NCBI GenBank assembly: GCA_963676795.2
Contig: CAXXTB010000002.1
Location: 2,176,001 to 2,240,000 of the forward strand
DNA from: Geopsychrobacteraceae bacterium
GTDB lineage: Bacteria > Desulfobacterota > Desulfuromonadia > Desulfuromonadales > Geopsychrobacteraceae
DNA length: 64,000 nt
Reading direction: 5' to 3'
Shown: positions 51,373-61,303 of the stretch, piece after piece
How positions within the stretch are numbered: the stretch's first letter is position 1
How the letters are laid out: each line of letters starts with the position of its first letter
The notes under the pieces: generated by a model
Databases searched by the model: none
Told to the model about the DNA's origin: nothing
The model's input: the letters and a program-made list of their open reading frames with translations, nothing else
Position numbers and translations under genes: made by a program

Positions 51373-53277
51373 TTAACAGTCTTTGGTATCGAGATTCTCG
51401 GTAATCCTGTTGCCTTTCGTCTTGAACTCCTCCAGGTACAGTGCGATCCGCTCTTTGGCCAGATCCAGATCGAGATTGTTCAGGTTGATGTTGAGCAGAT
51501 CGATATACCAGGGCACCTTGACCGGATCCTTGACGTAGGCCTCGACAATCGCCAGGGCGATCGGCAGGGTCGTGGTTTTCGATTCCTCGTAGACATCGCG
51601 GCTGTCAGCAGCCAGCAACTTGGCATATTCCTCCCTGAGCAGGCGGTCAAAGACCTCCGGGCTGAAAAGTTCACCAGCCTTCAGACCGGTTTGTGGATCA
51701 TCCTCGGTCAGTGCCGCACCCTTGTGCAGCCACTCCCAGAGGATACTCAGGCGGATCTCGCCGGTCGCCGCGTCCTCCATCAGGTAGAGGATGTCATCAT
51801 TGCCGAAGAAATCGGCCGGTTTGAGCGCCGCCGCCTGCATCCCCTGGCCGAAGGCGTTGCCGTATTGCAGGGCGACACTGAGCAGGTTGCGGGCCCCGCG
51901 GATGGTCCTTGGTGCGGGCTCGAGCAGGGTCAGCCCGGCCGCGTCCTCGGCACTGTAGGTCAGCGGCGGGAAGTTGCGTCCCAACTGATTGGCCTCACCG
52001 ACCTCGGCCCAGACCGGACGGATGATCTGGGCCATCTTCCAGTGAGCGATCCACTTGCCGCTGGCCCCTTCGCTCTGTTCACGCACGGCACCGGCCCGCG
52101 CCTTTTTCATACTGTCGGCCACCCCCTGCTCCGAGCCAACCGGAATGTTCGGCTCCATCCCCCCCTGCCAGAGAGCGAAATTGCCGTTTTTATCCGGGGT
52201 GTTGACGGCCCGTCTGACGCGGTCTTCATAGTTGCGCATGTAACCGTAGGTCATGGTGATCGATTCGATATTCGGATTGATGAAGTCGCCGTCCCAGCAG
52301 TTGGCATCGGCAACGCTGTTGATATAGTCCCAGCGCCCGGTGTTGAAGCCGACGAAATGAAGCCCCAGGGCTGCGCGGATCTCCATCAGCTGAAAGGTCG
52401 CTTCAAGCTGCTCGATCAGAACGTAGGTCTTGATCGAGCCGACCGGCAGTTCCAGATAGTCTTCCAGGACCGTCAGCAGCTTGTTCCAGAAACCGGCCTC
52501 TTCAGCGGTCTGGATCTTCGGCAGGTAGAGGACGATCGATGAACCGGCGGCCCGCAGAGCCTGGTAATTATTGACGACATAGAGGGTCAAATCGACAATC
52601 GATGCCGACAGCGACTGGCCGTCGACCCGGATATGGCGATCATCAAGGTGCAGACCGCGCGCCCTGAAGATTTTGGTCGTGAACTCAAGCTGGGCACGCC
52701 AATCGCTGATGATCTCCCGGCCCAGAAATCCTTGAGCCCAGGCATTCATCTCGCCGGCAACCTGCTCTGCCACCTCGAGAAACAGGGAATCGTGGCTGAT
52801 CGCCAGCTTCAGGCTGCGCTGGTTATCGAGCGACATGGTCGTGACCTGACCGAGCGCGTCCTCACCGTCAAACATCCAGCCGTCGGTCCCGGAGAGCAGA
52901 GCGTAGGCGACATTACGCAGGCTTGATGAGACCGAAGTATTCGGCTTGGCAGCCGGTCCGGTCCCCTGCAGCCACTGGCACTGCAGATCGTGGGGAATTT
53001 CCGATCCGATAAAATTCCCGTCCCGGGCATCCCGAACACGAATACCGGTACCTGGAATCTCACTCTGCGGATCCAAAAAGGTGATGGGGCGGCGATTTCT
53101 GAGACGCTGGTTGCGGCGCTCGGTCCGGGCCCGCATCAGGCTCTTCTGCTCGGCGTCAAAACGGGTCATGTGCCTGAGAGCAGCGAGAACCTCGGCTGTA
53201 TAGATATCCTGGTATTCATCCGCCAGAGAATCGCGGATCTGCAACTGCGGACAGTCCTGTTGCGTTGCGCTGGCCAT
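51373..53277 (-). CDS. aceB: Malate synthase
   Basis: [45 protein letters not shown]; directly upstream of aceA. Confidence 0.88.
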   Translation of the reverse strand: MASATQQDCPQLQIRDSLADEYQDIYTAEVLAALRHMTRFDAEQKSLMRARTERRNQRLRNRRPITFLDPQSEIPGTGIRVRDARDGNFIGSEIPHDLQCQWLQGTGPAAKPNTSVSSSLRNVAYALLSGTDGWMFDGEDALGQVTTMSLDNQRSLKLAISHDSLFLEVAEQVAGEMNAWAQGFLGREIISDWRAQLEFTTKIFRARGLHLDDRHIRVDGQSLSASIVDLTLYVVNNYQALRAAGSSIVLYLPKIQTAEEAGFWNKLLTVLEDYLELPVGSIKTYVLIEQLEATFQLMEIRAALGLHFVGFNTGRWDYINSVADANCWDGDFINPNIESITMTYGYMRNYEDRVRRAVNTPDKNGNFALWQGGMEPNIPVGSEQGVADSMKKARAGAVREQSEGASGKWIAHWKMAQIIRPVWAEVGEANQLGRNFPPLTYSAEDAAGLTLLEPAPRTIRGARNLLSVALQYGNAFGQGMQAAALKPADFFGNDDILYLMEDAATGEIRLSILWEWLHKGAALTEDDPQTGLKAGELFSPEVFDRLLREEYAKLLAADSRDVYEESKTTTLPIALAIVEAYVKDPVKVPWYIDLLNINLNNLDLDLAKERIALYLEEFKTKGNRITENLDTKDC

Positions 53278-53592
53278 TTCCTCCTCCTTTGTTTGGTAAA
53301 ACCGGGTTATCTGTGGATCTGAAATACACAAACAACTGCAAACAAACCAATTATGACCTTTCAGGTAATTAAATCGACATATGACGTCCAGGTCAACCGC
53401 CGAAGCAAAAAAACATTGTTTTGAAATATTATTTTTTCTTTAAACCCATGCCAGTCGGCATTCTCCTGTCAATCATCTTAAATTCTGTCCGGCATAATGC
53501 AAACTCACCCAGCACAAGAAAACTTCTCTTCCAGGTCAGGCGATATGCTAAGATTATCTCTGACCACAAAAGTCATATTTATTTTTACATCT

Positions 53593-53606
53593 TTGACCTG
53601 TATCAA
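53593..53606. promoter_or_regulatory. FNR/CRP-family box
   Basis: TTGAC-ctgt-ATCAA, one mismatch from TTGAT-N4-ATCAA, 72 nt before ATG 53679. Confidence 0.6.
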
Positions 53607-53678
53607 TTTTTTTCACCGGGCCAGACGATAGACTCACGGCACAACCTAAAAACGACTAGGCGCGCAAGGATAATTAAG

Positions 53679-54908
53679 ATGACAACAGCAAGCTTGAGTA
53701 TCGATATGACGGTAAAAGAGGTTCTGGAACACTGGCCGGAAACTCTCGATGTCTTTATTGCCAACGGTTTTGAAAACTTCCGCGATGAAAAACAGCGCAA
53801 TGCGGTCGCTGCCTTTCTGAAAATAGAACGTGCTGCAAAGACCAGAAATTACGATCCGGATAATTTTCTGAAGCTTCTCCAGGCCAGGATCGATGAACAG
53901 CTGAATCTGGCCGACGTGACCATGAAGCAGACGCATATCAGCCAGGGTGACGTCACTGTGACCGGTCTGCTCCCCTGCCCGGTCAGACTGCCGCTGCTTG
54001 AAGGCTTTGACGCCTTTGTTGAGAACTACACGGCAACGACGGGGAACAGCGTCAGCTACAAGCTGGAAGCAGCTTCGGTCGGTGCCGACTGGATCGAAGA
54101 GAACATTCAATCGATCGAGAGCGAAGAGGCCCTGCCGGACATCTTTGTCTCGGCCGGGTTTGAAACCTTTTTCGATCAGAAAACCATCGGCCGCTTCAAG
54201 CAACAGGGTATCTTCACCGATATTACAGCGGACAGGGTCAATGCGACCTTCGATGCCATTGACATCAAGGACCCGAAAGGGGATTACTCGATCATCGCCG
54301 CGGTTCCGGCCGTGTTCATGATCAATCACGATGTTCTGGGCGACCTGCCGATTCCCCGCAGCTGGGCCGACCTGCTCAAACCTGAGTACGAGCAGCAGGT
54401 CGCTCTGCCGGTCGGTGACTTCGACCTGTTCAACGCGATCCTGCTGTCGATCTATAAGGAACACGGCGAAGAGGGGGTCAGGAAGCTGGGGCGCTGCATG
54501 CTCAAATCGATGCACCCCTCGCAGATGGTCAAGAACGCCAAGCGCGTCGAGGAGGAAAAACCGGTGGTCACCATCATGCCCTACTTCTTTACCAAGATGG
54601 TGGCCATGGTCAAATCGCTCGAAATCGTCTGGCCGGAGGATGGGGCCGTGATCAGTCCGATCTTCATGCTGACCAAAAAGACCAGCCTGACAAAGGTCCG
54701 GCCGATCGCCGAATTCCTGGCGAGCAGGGAAATCGGCGAACTGCTCTCCCACAGAGGCCTGTTTCCGTCGCTTCATCCGGAGGTCGACAACCGTATGGAT
54801 GAGCGCCCGTGGAAATGGATCGGTTGGGATTATATCTACCAAAACGATATCGGTGAACTGATCCGCCGGACCAATGCGATCTTCGATCAATCGATGTATT
54901 CAGCTTAA
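53679..54908 (+). CDS. DUF1858-like domain plus substrate-binding-protein fold, no signal peptide
   Basis: IDMTVKEVLEHWPETLDVFIANGF N-domain; GLLPCPVR, PRSWADLLKPEY, VWPEDGA..SP. Confidence 0.8.
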   Translation: MTTASLSIDMTVKEVLEHWPETLDVFIANGFENFRDEKQRNAVAAFLKIERAAKTRNYDPDNFLKLLQARIDEQLNLADVTMKQTHISQGDVTVTGLLPCPVRLPLLEGFDAFVENYTATTGNSVSYKLEAASVGADWIEENIQSIESEEALPDIFVSAGFETFFDQKTIGRFKQQGIFTDITADRVNATFDAIDIKDPKGDYSIIAAVPAVFMINHDVLGDLPIPRSWADLLKPEYEQQVALPVGDFDLFNAILLSIYKEHGEEGVRKLGRCMLKSMHPSQMVKNAKRVEEEKPVVTIMPYFFTKMVAMVKSLEIVWPEDGAVISPIFMLTKKTSLTKVRPIAEFLASREIGELLSHRGLFPSLHPEVDNRMDERPWKWIGWDYIYQNDIGELIRRTNAIFDQSMYSA

Positions 54909-54917
54909 GGACAGAGC

Positions 54918-55601
54918 ATGCGCTTTCTAACCGTTTCCGGACCACCCTCCTCGGGCAAAACCTCGGTTATCCTGCGGGTCATCGAAGCCCTGCAGGCCCG
55001 CCAGCGCAAGATCGGCGTCGTCAAGTTCGACTGCCTGCTGACCGAGGACGACAAACGCTACGAGGCAAAAGGTGTGCTTGTGCAGAAAGGGCTCTCAGGA
55101 GCACTCTGCCCCGATCATTATTTCGTCAGCAATATCGAAGCCTGCGTCCGCTGGGGGCAGGACAACCAGTGTGAATACCTGATCAGTGAAAGTGCCGGGC
55201 TGTGCAATCGCTGTTCGCCGCATATCAAGGAGATCACCGCGGTCTGCGTCATCGACAACTTAAGCGGCATCAACACCCCGCGCAAGATCGGACCGATGCT
55301 TAAATCGGCGGATATCGTTGTCATCACCAAAGGGGATATCGTCTCCCAGGCTGAACGGGAGGTGTTTGCTTCACGCGTCAAGCAGGTCAACCCCGGGGCG
55401 ATTATCATGCATGTCAACGGCATCACCGGTCAGGGTGCCTTTGAGCTGACCAGCCTCTTTGAAGAGGCCTCCGACATCGACACCCTGAAGGGCAAGACTC
55501 TGCGTTTTTCCATGCCGGCGGCGCTCTGTTCCTACTGCCTGGGCGAAACCCGCATCGGTGATGAACATCAGTCCGGCAACATCCGCAAGATGGATATTTA
55601 A
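54918..55601 (+). CDS. HypB/UreG/CobW-family P-loop GTPase
   Basis: GPPSSGKT, LCPDH, ESAGLCNRCSP, TKGD, CSYC. Confidence 0.87.
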   Translation: MRFLTVSGPPSSGKTSVILRVIEALQARQRKIGVVKFDCLLTEDDKRYEAKGVLVQKGLSGALCPDHYFVSNIEACVRWGQDNQCEYLISESAGLCNRCSPHIKEITAVCVIDNLSGINTPRKIGPMLKSADIVVITKGDIVSQAEREVFASRVKQVNPGAIIMHVNGITGQGAFELTSLFEEASDIDTLKGKTLRFSMPAALCSYCLGETRIGDEHQSGNIRKMDI

Positions 55602-55603
55602 CG

Positions 55604-56602
55604 ATGAAAAAACAAGAACTCTACGCTAAGCCACTGATCGAACTGCTTGCCGATCATCCTTACGTTGAAGACTTCTTCGCTTCATTCGGCATTTCACTCG
55701 GCGATCAGAACTGCTCTCTTGAGCAGTTTTTAACCCGGCTCAAAGCGGATGCGCTCGAAGATCTGGGCATCAGCAGGGAACAGCTGTGCACAAGCCTTGA
55801 CGATTTCCTCTCCGGCATGCTGGCCCTGCACAGCCCGCTCGACAAGGTGGAGTCGTTGACCATCATCGGTGGTCACAATAAATCGGGAGCAGCGGAGGAT
55901 ATCGAACTGATTCTCAAGCCAGGAGAAGTGGTCTGCATCGTCGGCCCGACCGGTTCCGGCAAAAGTCGCCTGCTCGCCGATATCGAATGGGTTGCGCAAG
56001 GCGATACGCCGACCGGGCGCAGGATTCTTATCAACGGCCAGATTCCGGACAGCAAGTGGCGTTTTTCCAGCGAACACAAACTGGTTGCCCAGCTCTCGCA
56101 GAACATGAACTTCGTTATGGATTTAAGCGCCGAAGAGTTCATCCGCATGCATGCCGAGTGCCGCCTCGTCCCCGACATCGACGAAAAGGTCAGGCAGATC
56201 CTTGACCAGGCCAACGACCTGGCCGGAGAAAAGTTCCGCCCCGACACCCCTGTCACCTCATTGAGTGGCGGGCAATCGCGGGCACTGATGATTGCCGACA
56301 TGGCCTTTTTGAGCAAATCACCGATCGCCCTGATCGATGAAATCGAAAACGCCGGCATTGACCGCAAGAAAGCCCTGGATCTGCTGGTACGGAAAGAGAA
56401 GATCATCCTGATGGCCACCCACGACCCGATCCTCGCCCTGCTCGGCAAACGGCGCCTGGTCATCAGTAACGGCGGAATCGCCAAGATTATCGAATCGAGC
56501 GAGGCAGAGCGCAAGAACCTGACCTATCTCGAACAGCTTGATAACCAATTACTGGCACTGAGAAACAGAATACGACTCGGTGACACCCTGGAACATATTT
56601 AG
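55604..56602 (+). CDS. ABC-type ATPase with N-terminal DUF1858-like domain
   Basis: GPTGSGKS, LSGGQ, IDEIE, ATHD. Confidence 0.88.
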   Translation: MKKQELYAKPLIELLADHPYVEDFFASFGISLGDQNCSLEQFLTRLKADALEDLGISREQLCTSLDDFLSGMLALHSPLDKVESLTIIGGHNKSGAAEDIELILKPGEVVCIVGPTGSGKSRLLADIEWVAQGDTPTGRRILINGQIPDSKWRFSSEHKLVAQLSQNMNFVMDLSAEEFIRMHAECRLVPDIDEKVRQILDQANDLAGEKFRPDTPVTSLSGGQSRALMIADMAFLSKSPIALIDEIENAGIDRKKALDLLVRKEKIILMATHDPILALLGKRRLVISNGGIAKIIESSEAERKNLTYLEQLDNQLLALRNRIRLGDTLEHI

Positions 56603-56613
56603 GAGGCAAAGCA

Positions 56614-56853
56614 ATGCACGAAGGATGCGAAGGAAGTCTAGGAAACGGCGGACAGATCGTCAACAAACTCAGACAGATGGGCTTCAGCCAGACGCCCCTG
56701 CCTGTTCCGGCAGAGATCAACTGCGCCTGCAACTCGACTTTCACCATGAGCACCATGGAAGGCCGCTGTGACAACTGCGGCATGGTCTACGGCGTCACGC
56801 CCTGCCATGCCAACGATCCGGCCAATATCGAGGCGGCCGGCATCAATTACTAA
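56614..56853 (+). CDS. Small Cys/His-rich protein
   Basis: AGGAGG SD; MHEGC, CAC, CDNC, TPCH; followed by a terminator. Confidence 0.75.
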   Translation: MHEGCEGSLGNGGQIVNKLRQMGFSQTPLPVPAEINCACNSTFTMSTMEGRCDNCGMVYGVTPCHANDPANIEAAGINY

Positions 56854-56866
56854 CGTCCAAGACCGT

Positions 56867-56889
56867 AAGGCGGGAGCTATCCCGCCTTT
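56867..56889. terminator. Terminator hairpin
   Basis: aaggcggga-gcta-tcccgcctt. Confidence 0.7.
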
Positions 56890-56892
56890 CGT

Positions 56893-57558
56893 CTATAAAC
56901 AGCTGACAGCCAGGTTCTGCCGGTCGGCAACCGAGCAGATATAGTCCCAGAGCAGCTTCTGATCGGATTCGGAGATATTGCAGAAAACGACACCGACAAC
57001 AATCTTGCGCTGTCCGCTATCGTCCTGGTCGACCTGGGACCAGCAGGCCTTGGCCAGAAGCTTCAGCTGAATATCGCTGTCAGGCAGGATGAAATCGAGC
57101 ATCAGGCAATCGCCCTTGGCCGGGAAACCATCTGCAGCATCAAACAACAGACAGCAACCGTCCAGACTCAGATTGACGAACCTAGAGTAGGACTCACGCT
57201 CACAGAAGCTGACATGGGCCTCGGCGTATTGATCAAACAGATGACGATAGTGATTTCGCGCACCGGTCATCATCCCCTTCAAAGCCCCGACGAACTTGTC
57301 CTTCCCCCTACCGTTAGTCTGATTGGCCAGAACACTCTTATCATGGTGACGTTCCGCAATAGTTTCCTGCAGCATCTTCTTGTAGTGAAAAAGACGCTTG
57401 ACCAGATCGTTTCGATCATACGTCATACCGTTTGCAGAAATCTGGATATCCGTGACATTGACCTGCTGATGACAATGAGGACAGGTCAGAACCTGCAGTT
57501 CAACCAGTAGATCCGAAACTATCTTACCCTGACATTCAGGACATTTCATAACGAGCAT
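56893..57558 (-). CDS. Zinc-ribbon + PilZ domain protein
   Basis: CPEC..CPHC; PilZ RNHYR and NLSLDG, VGVVF. Confidence 0.8.
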   Translation of the reverse strand: MLVMKCPECQGKIVSDLLVELQVLTCPHCHQQVNVTDIQISANGMTYDRNDLVKRLFHYKKMLQETIAERHHDKSVLANQTNGRGKDKFVGALKGMMTGARNHYRHLFDQYAEAHVSFCERESYSRFVNLSLDGCCLLFDAADGFPAKGDCLMLDFILPDSDIQLKLLAKACWSQVDQDDSGQRKIVVGVVFCNISESDQKLLWDYICSVADRQNLAVSCL

Positions 57559-57789
57559 AGAACCCTCTGAATTCCGCTAAAGCTAAAGTATTTGTGCAGG
57601 AGGAGGTAAGAGCGGACAGGCCTGCATGGTCTCTGATTTCATTTGACTGCTCTGGCAGGATATTTACATCCTAATATTAGTCAGAACTAATTTCAAGCCA
57701 GAAACAAAAAAACACGGCGAAGAGCTTATCCATATCCATAAAATGATGTTATATTTTCGCTCAAATTCTAATTTTCCAAGGAGCAGTCG

Positions 57790-58971
57790 ATGCAAATCAG
57801 CACCTTTCACCCACCACAACGAACATTGATGGGGCCCGGGCCATCCGATGTCAGCCCGCGTGTCCTGGAGGCCCTTGGCCGGCCGACGATCGGTCACCTC
57901 GATCCGCAATTCATAACCCTCATGGATGAGCTCAAGGAACTGTTGCAGTATGTTTTTCAGACCGGCAACGCCCTGACCATGCCTGTTTCTGCGCCAGGAT
58001 CGGCCGGCATGGAAACCTGCTTTGTCAATCTGGTCGAACCGGGGGACAAGGTTATCGTCTGCCAGAATGGAGTGTTTGGCGGGCGCATGAAGGAAAACGT
58101 CATCCGCTGTGGCGGGACCCTGGTAGCTGTCGATGACGAATGGGGCAAGGCGGTTGATCCGGCCAAACTTGAGGACGCCTTAAAAGCCAATCCGGATGCA
58201 AAAATCGTCGCCTTCGTCCAGGGGGAAACCTCGACAGGAGTCCTCTCGGATGTCAAAACCCTGGTCGAAATCGCTCACAAATATAACTGTCTGACGATTG
58301 TCGATGCGGTCACCTCCCTTGGTGGGGTGCCGTTACTCGTCGATGAATGGGGCGTCGATGCCATCTATTCAGGCTCACAGAAATGTCTGTCCTGCGTCCC
58401 AGGCCTCTCCCCGGTCAGCTTCAATGCGGCGGCACAGGAAAAGATCAGCAAACGCAAAAGCCCGGTCCAGAGCTGGTTTCTCGATCTGAATCTGGTCATG
58501 GGCTACTGGGGGAAAGGCGTCAAGAGATCCTATCACCATACCGCACCGGTCAACGCCCTCTACAGCCTCCATGAAGCCCTGCTGATCATTAAGGAAGAAG
58601 GGTTGGAAAATGCCTGGAAGCGTCATGCCTGTCATCATCAGGCGTTGAAAATTGGTTTTGAGGCAATGGGCTTAAGCCTGCTGGTCGACGAACAGGTGCG
58701 CCTGCCACAATTGAATGCCGTCACGATACCAGACGGGGTCGAGGATGCCGTGGTCCGTACTCAACTGCTGCAAAACTATGATCTGGAAATCGGCGCGGGT
58801 CTCGGCACGCTGGCCGGCAAGGTCTGGAGAATCGGCCTTATGGGCCATGCCTGCAACAAGCGCAATGTTCTCTACTGCTTAAGCACCATGGATGCAGTAT
58901 TGACTCGGCTTGGCGCCAAAATAAACAGCGGAGCTGCAGTCAGGGCTGCCACTGATTTTTACGCGGATTGA
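57790..58971 (+). CDS. Alanine/serine--glyoxylate aminotransferase (class V PLP)
   Basis: LMGPGPS, GSAGME, ETSTG, VDAVTSLGG, SGSQKCL, YHHTAP, WRIGLMG. Confidence 0.92.
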   Translation: MQISTFHPPQRTLMGPGPSDVSPRVLEALGRPTIGHLDPQFITLMDELKELLQYVFQTGNALTMPVSAPGSAGMETCFVNLVEPGDKVIVCQNGVFGGRMKENVIRCGGTLVAVDDEWGKAVDPAKLEDALKANPDAKIVAFVQGETSTGVLSDVKTLVEIAHKYNCLTIVDAVTSLGGVPLLVDEWGVDAIYSGSQKCLSCVPGLSPVSFNAAAQEKISKRKSPVQSWFLDLNLVMGYWGKGVKRSYHHTAPVNALYSLHEALLIIKEEGLENAWKRHACHHQALKIGFEAMGLSLLVDEQVRLPQLNAVTIPDGVEDAVVRTQLLQNYDLEIGAGLGTLAGKVWRIGLMGHACNKRNVLYCLSTMDAVLTRLGAKINSGAAVRAATDFYAD

Positions 58972-58981
58972 TAGAAGGGAT

Positions 58982-59012
58982 AAAAAAAGCGGCTGATAAC
59001 AGCCGCTTTTTT
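58982..59012. terminator. Bidirectional terminator between the aminotransferase and rplI
   Basis: A7-gcggctg-ataa-cagccgc-T run. Confidence 0.88.
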
Positions 59013-59029
59013 CCAACATATCTTGTTGT

Positions 59030-59485
59030 TTAAGCTTCTTCAGCGACGACAACAACCTTGATTGCAGCAACAACACCTGCATCCAGCTTGATGGCAACAC
59101 TGTGTTCACCGAGGGTTTTGATCGGTTCGGCAAGCTGGATCTTTTTACGATCCACTTCGACGCCGGCAGCCTCAAGCTTGGCACCAATATCCATGCTGGT
59201 CACGGAACCGAACAGCTTGCCCTCTTCGCTGGCACGCTGAGTAAACTCACAGGTGACTTTTTCGATCTGTGCTTTGAGAACTTCGGCATCCTTGGTCAGT
59301 TTTTCCAGCTTACGAGCCAGCTGACGCTTGTGATGCTCAAGTTCCTTCATGTTACGCTCGTCAGCAACGCTGGCAAACCCCTGGGGCAACAGATAATTAC
59401 GGGCATAACCGGCTTTAACGCTGACGATGTCACCGATCTGGCCAAGCCCTTCAACATTTTCTTTCAAAATGACGTTCGTGTTCAT
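59030..59485 (-). CDS. rplI: 50S ribosomal protein L9
   Basis: VSVKAGYARNYLLPQG, GKLFGSVT, PIKTLG. Confidence 0.97.
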   Translation of the reverse strand: MNTNVILKENVEGLGQIGDIVSVKAGYARNYLLPQGFASVADERNMKELEHHKRQLARKLEKLTKDAEVLKAQIEKVTCEFTQRASEEGKLFGSVTSMDIGAKLEAAGVEVDRKKIQLAEPIKTLGEHSVAIKLDAGVVAAIKVVVVAEEA

Positions 59486-59512
59486 CTTATCTCCTCCATA
59501 GCGGAACGAGTT

Positions 59513-60454
59513 TCAATTTTTTGTCCGGGGGCGACGAAAATCGACCCAGAGGTCAAAAACTCCGACACCGGTAATCAGTATTTGTAACGGATTGAGTATC
59601 AGCAACAGCGCAATAACCAATCCCTTGATGGCTGCGGGGTATTTTTTCCGCCGCATGAAATTTATCACAACAGCCAGGCCCTGCAAAAAATACAGAGGCA
59701 GCACAACCACCAACAGGTTTTTCCCGAGAGCTTCAAGCGCCCCAACCTTCATGACGTATGTCGAATAGGTTGCAAATCCGGCGAAGATCAGAACCCAGAT
59801 CATCCAGACCGGCAGTTTCCAAAGCGAAAACGGAGTTCCGAAAATCTGGTAATCCCGCCGTTTGATCAAGTGCAGCAGCCAGAGACAGAAAAACTGAAGC
59901 CCCATGACTGCCCCGATGTAAAGCCCGAAAAAATACTGCTTTACAAAGTCGGCCATCGTAGCGACGACCTGTTGCATCTGCTGCAGCTGTTCACCTTCGA
60001 GTCCAGCTACGGTATAAACCTGCATCGCCTGATCAACTTCATTCTGGACAATCGTATCGATGACCTCCAGCGGAGCCTGATGTCTGACAACGAGAACCGT
60101 CGCAATCATCAGCAGCGTAAGTGCCAGAGAGCCGAGCGTGGTGTAAAACACCGAACGATCCCAAAACAGCGGACGTCTCAGCAGGTAGGGCATCAGCAAT
60201 GAGCCGAGACCAAACATGCCGAGATACGCCATCAGGCTGTAAAGCGTTGCCAACTTGATCAGCAACAGTGCGGTCACCACAACAACGACAATACTGCTAC
60301 GGAGACCAAAACGCATCCCTATATAAGCTGCGGGGAACGGAGTCAGCAGGTTCAGAAAGGTTCCTGCCGGCCCCAGAAAGCTTGTCCCCAACAGACAGAT
60401 CAGGGTGGCGCCAATTGCGAGCAGAGTAAATAATGCGGCCTGCCCTTTTATCAT
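59513..60454 (-). CDS. DUF2232 (YybS-like) membrane protein
   Basis: Multi-TM, YFLQGLAV, GVFDLWVDFRR; canonical position between rpsR and rplI. Confidence 0.85.
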   Translation of the reverse strand: MIKGQAALFTLLAIGATLICLLGTSFLGPAGTFLNLLTPFPAAYIGMRFGLRSSIVVVVVTALLLIKLATLYSLMAYLGMFGLGSLLMPYLLRRPLFWDRSVFYTTLGSLALTLLMIATVLVVRHQAPLEVIDTIVQNEVDQAMQVYTVAGLEGEQLQQMQQVVATMADFVKQYFFGLYIGAVMGLQFFCLWLLHLIKRRDYQIFGTPFSLWKLPVWMIWVLIFAGFATYSTYVMKVGALEALGKNLLVVVLPLYFLQGLAVVINFMRRKKYPAAIKGLVIALLLILNPLQILITGVGVFDLWVDFRRPRTKN

Positions 60455-60483
60455 CTTTCTTAACGCGATCCGTCTCTGCTCTC

Positions 60484-60750
60484 TTAGAGAGAGTGAGACG
60501 CGGTGTAAGGAAGCAGAGCAATCTGACGTGCGTTTTTGATTGCTTCGGCAATCTGACGCTGATGTGTCGCACAGGTACCGGAGATACGCCGTGGAACGAT
60601 CTTGCCACGCTCGGTCAGGTAGTAGCGCAGGCTGTCGATGTCTTTGTAGTCGATACGAGCGTTTTTGTCAGCGCAGTAACGACAGATTTTACGACGTCCG
60701 AAACGACGACGTGGTGCGGATGAACCAGAATTTCCACCTTCAAAAGCCAT
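60484..60750 (-). CDS. rpsR: 30S ribosomal protein S18 (Zn-binding C+ form)
   Basis: [37 protein letters not shown]. Confidence 0.97.
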   Translation of the reverse strand: MAFEGGNSGSSAPRRRFGRRKICRYCADKNARIDYKDIDSLRYYLTERGKIVPRRISGTCATHQRQIAEAIKNARQIALLPYTASHSL

Positions 60751-60777
60751 ATATCAATCTCCTCTATATCGTTTTAA

Positions 60778-61146
60778 TTATTCTTCTTCGTCGTCCAGAT
60801 CGTCATCATCGCCGTCGCTTACCGCTGCAGTCGATTTTTCTGGTGCCTCGGCAGGGAAATCTCCCTCGATTTTGACGGTCAAAAAGCGCAGAATGTTTTC
60901 GTCGATACGCAGACGACGCTCGAACTCGGCGATAACTTCTGGCCCAGCGGTGAACAGAGTCTGAATGTAGCTGCCACGGCCAACCTTGTTGATTGGGTAG
61001 GCAAGCTTACGCACGCCCCAGTTATCCAGCTTGTGAATCTCTGCACCCTGCTCGGTGAGGATTCCCTGGAACTTTTCAACCAGAGCGTTGAGCTCGTCGC
61101 CAACCACCTCAGGTTGAATGATGTAGAGTGATTCATAATTTCTCAT
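60778..61146 (-). CDS. rpsF: 30S ribosomal protein S6
   Basis: MRNYESLYII, WGVRKLAYPINK, ILRFL, acidic tail. Confidence 0.96.
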   Translation of the reverse strand: MRNYESLYIIQPEVVGDELNALVEKFQGILTEQGAEIHKLDNWGVRKLAYPINKVGRGSYIQTLFTAGPEVIAEFERRLRIDENILRFLTVKIEGDFPAEAPEKSTAAVSDGDDDDLDDEEE

Positions 61147-61154
61147 CAATAAAT

Positions 61155-61199
61155 CTCCTTATGGATTAATCAGCCCCGGGACCATCCCGGAACAAGGAC
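61155..61199 (-). promoter_or_regulatory. Putative S6:S18 autoregulatory mRNA leader
   Basis: Minus strand reads tccttgttCCGggatggtcccggggctgattaatccataaggag. The anti-SD UCCUU can pair with the SD AAGGA, and a CCG follows it. Confidence 0.5.
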
Positions 61200-61303
61200 C
61201 GTCTTGCCCCAAAAGGCAAAGAACGGAAGCGCGTTTCTAGCATAATCACCAGTTTTTTACAACGATTTTATCGAGCTTGCTGATTAAATCCCGGTCTAGG
61301 GGC

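Noticed and set aside
60750..60778. Missing ssb/priB between rpsF and rpsR
   Set aside because: Direct rpsF-rpsR adjacency is a common arrangement.
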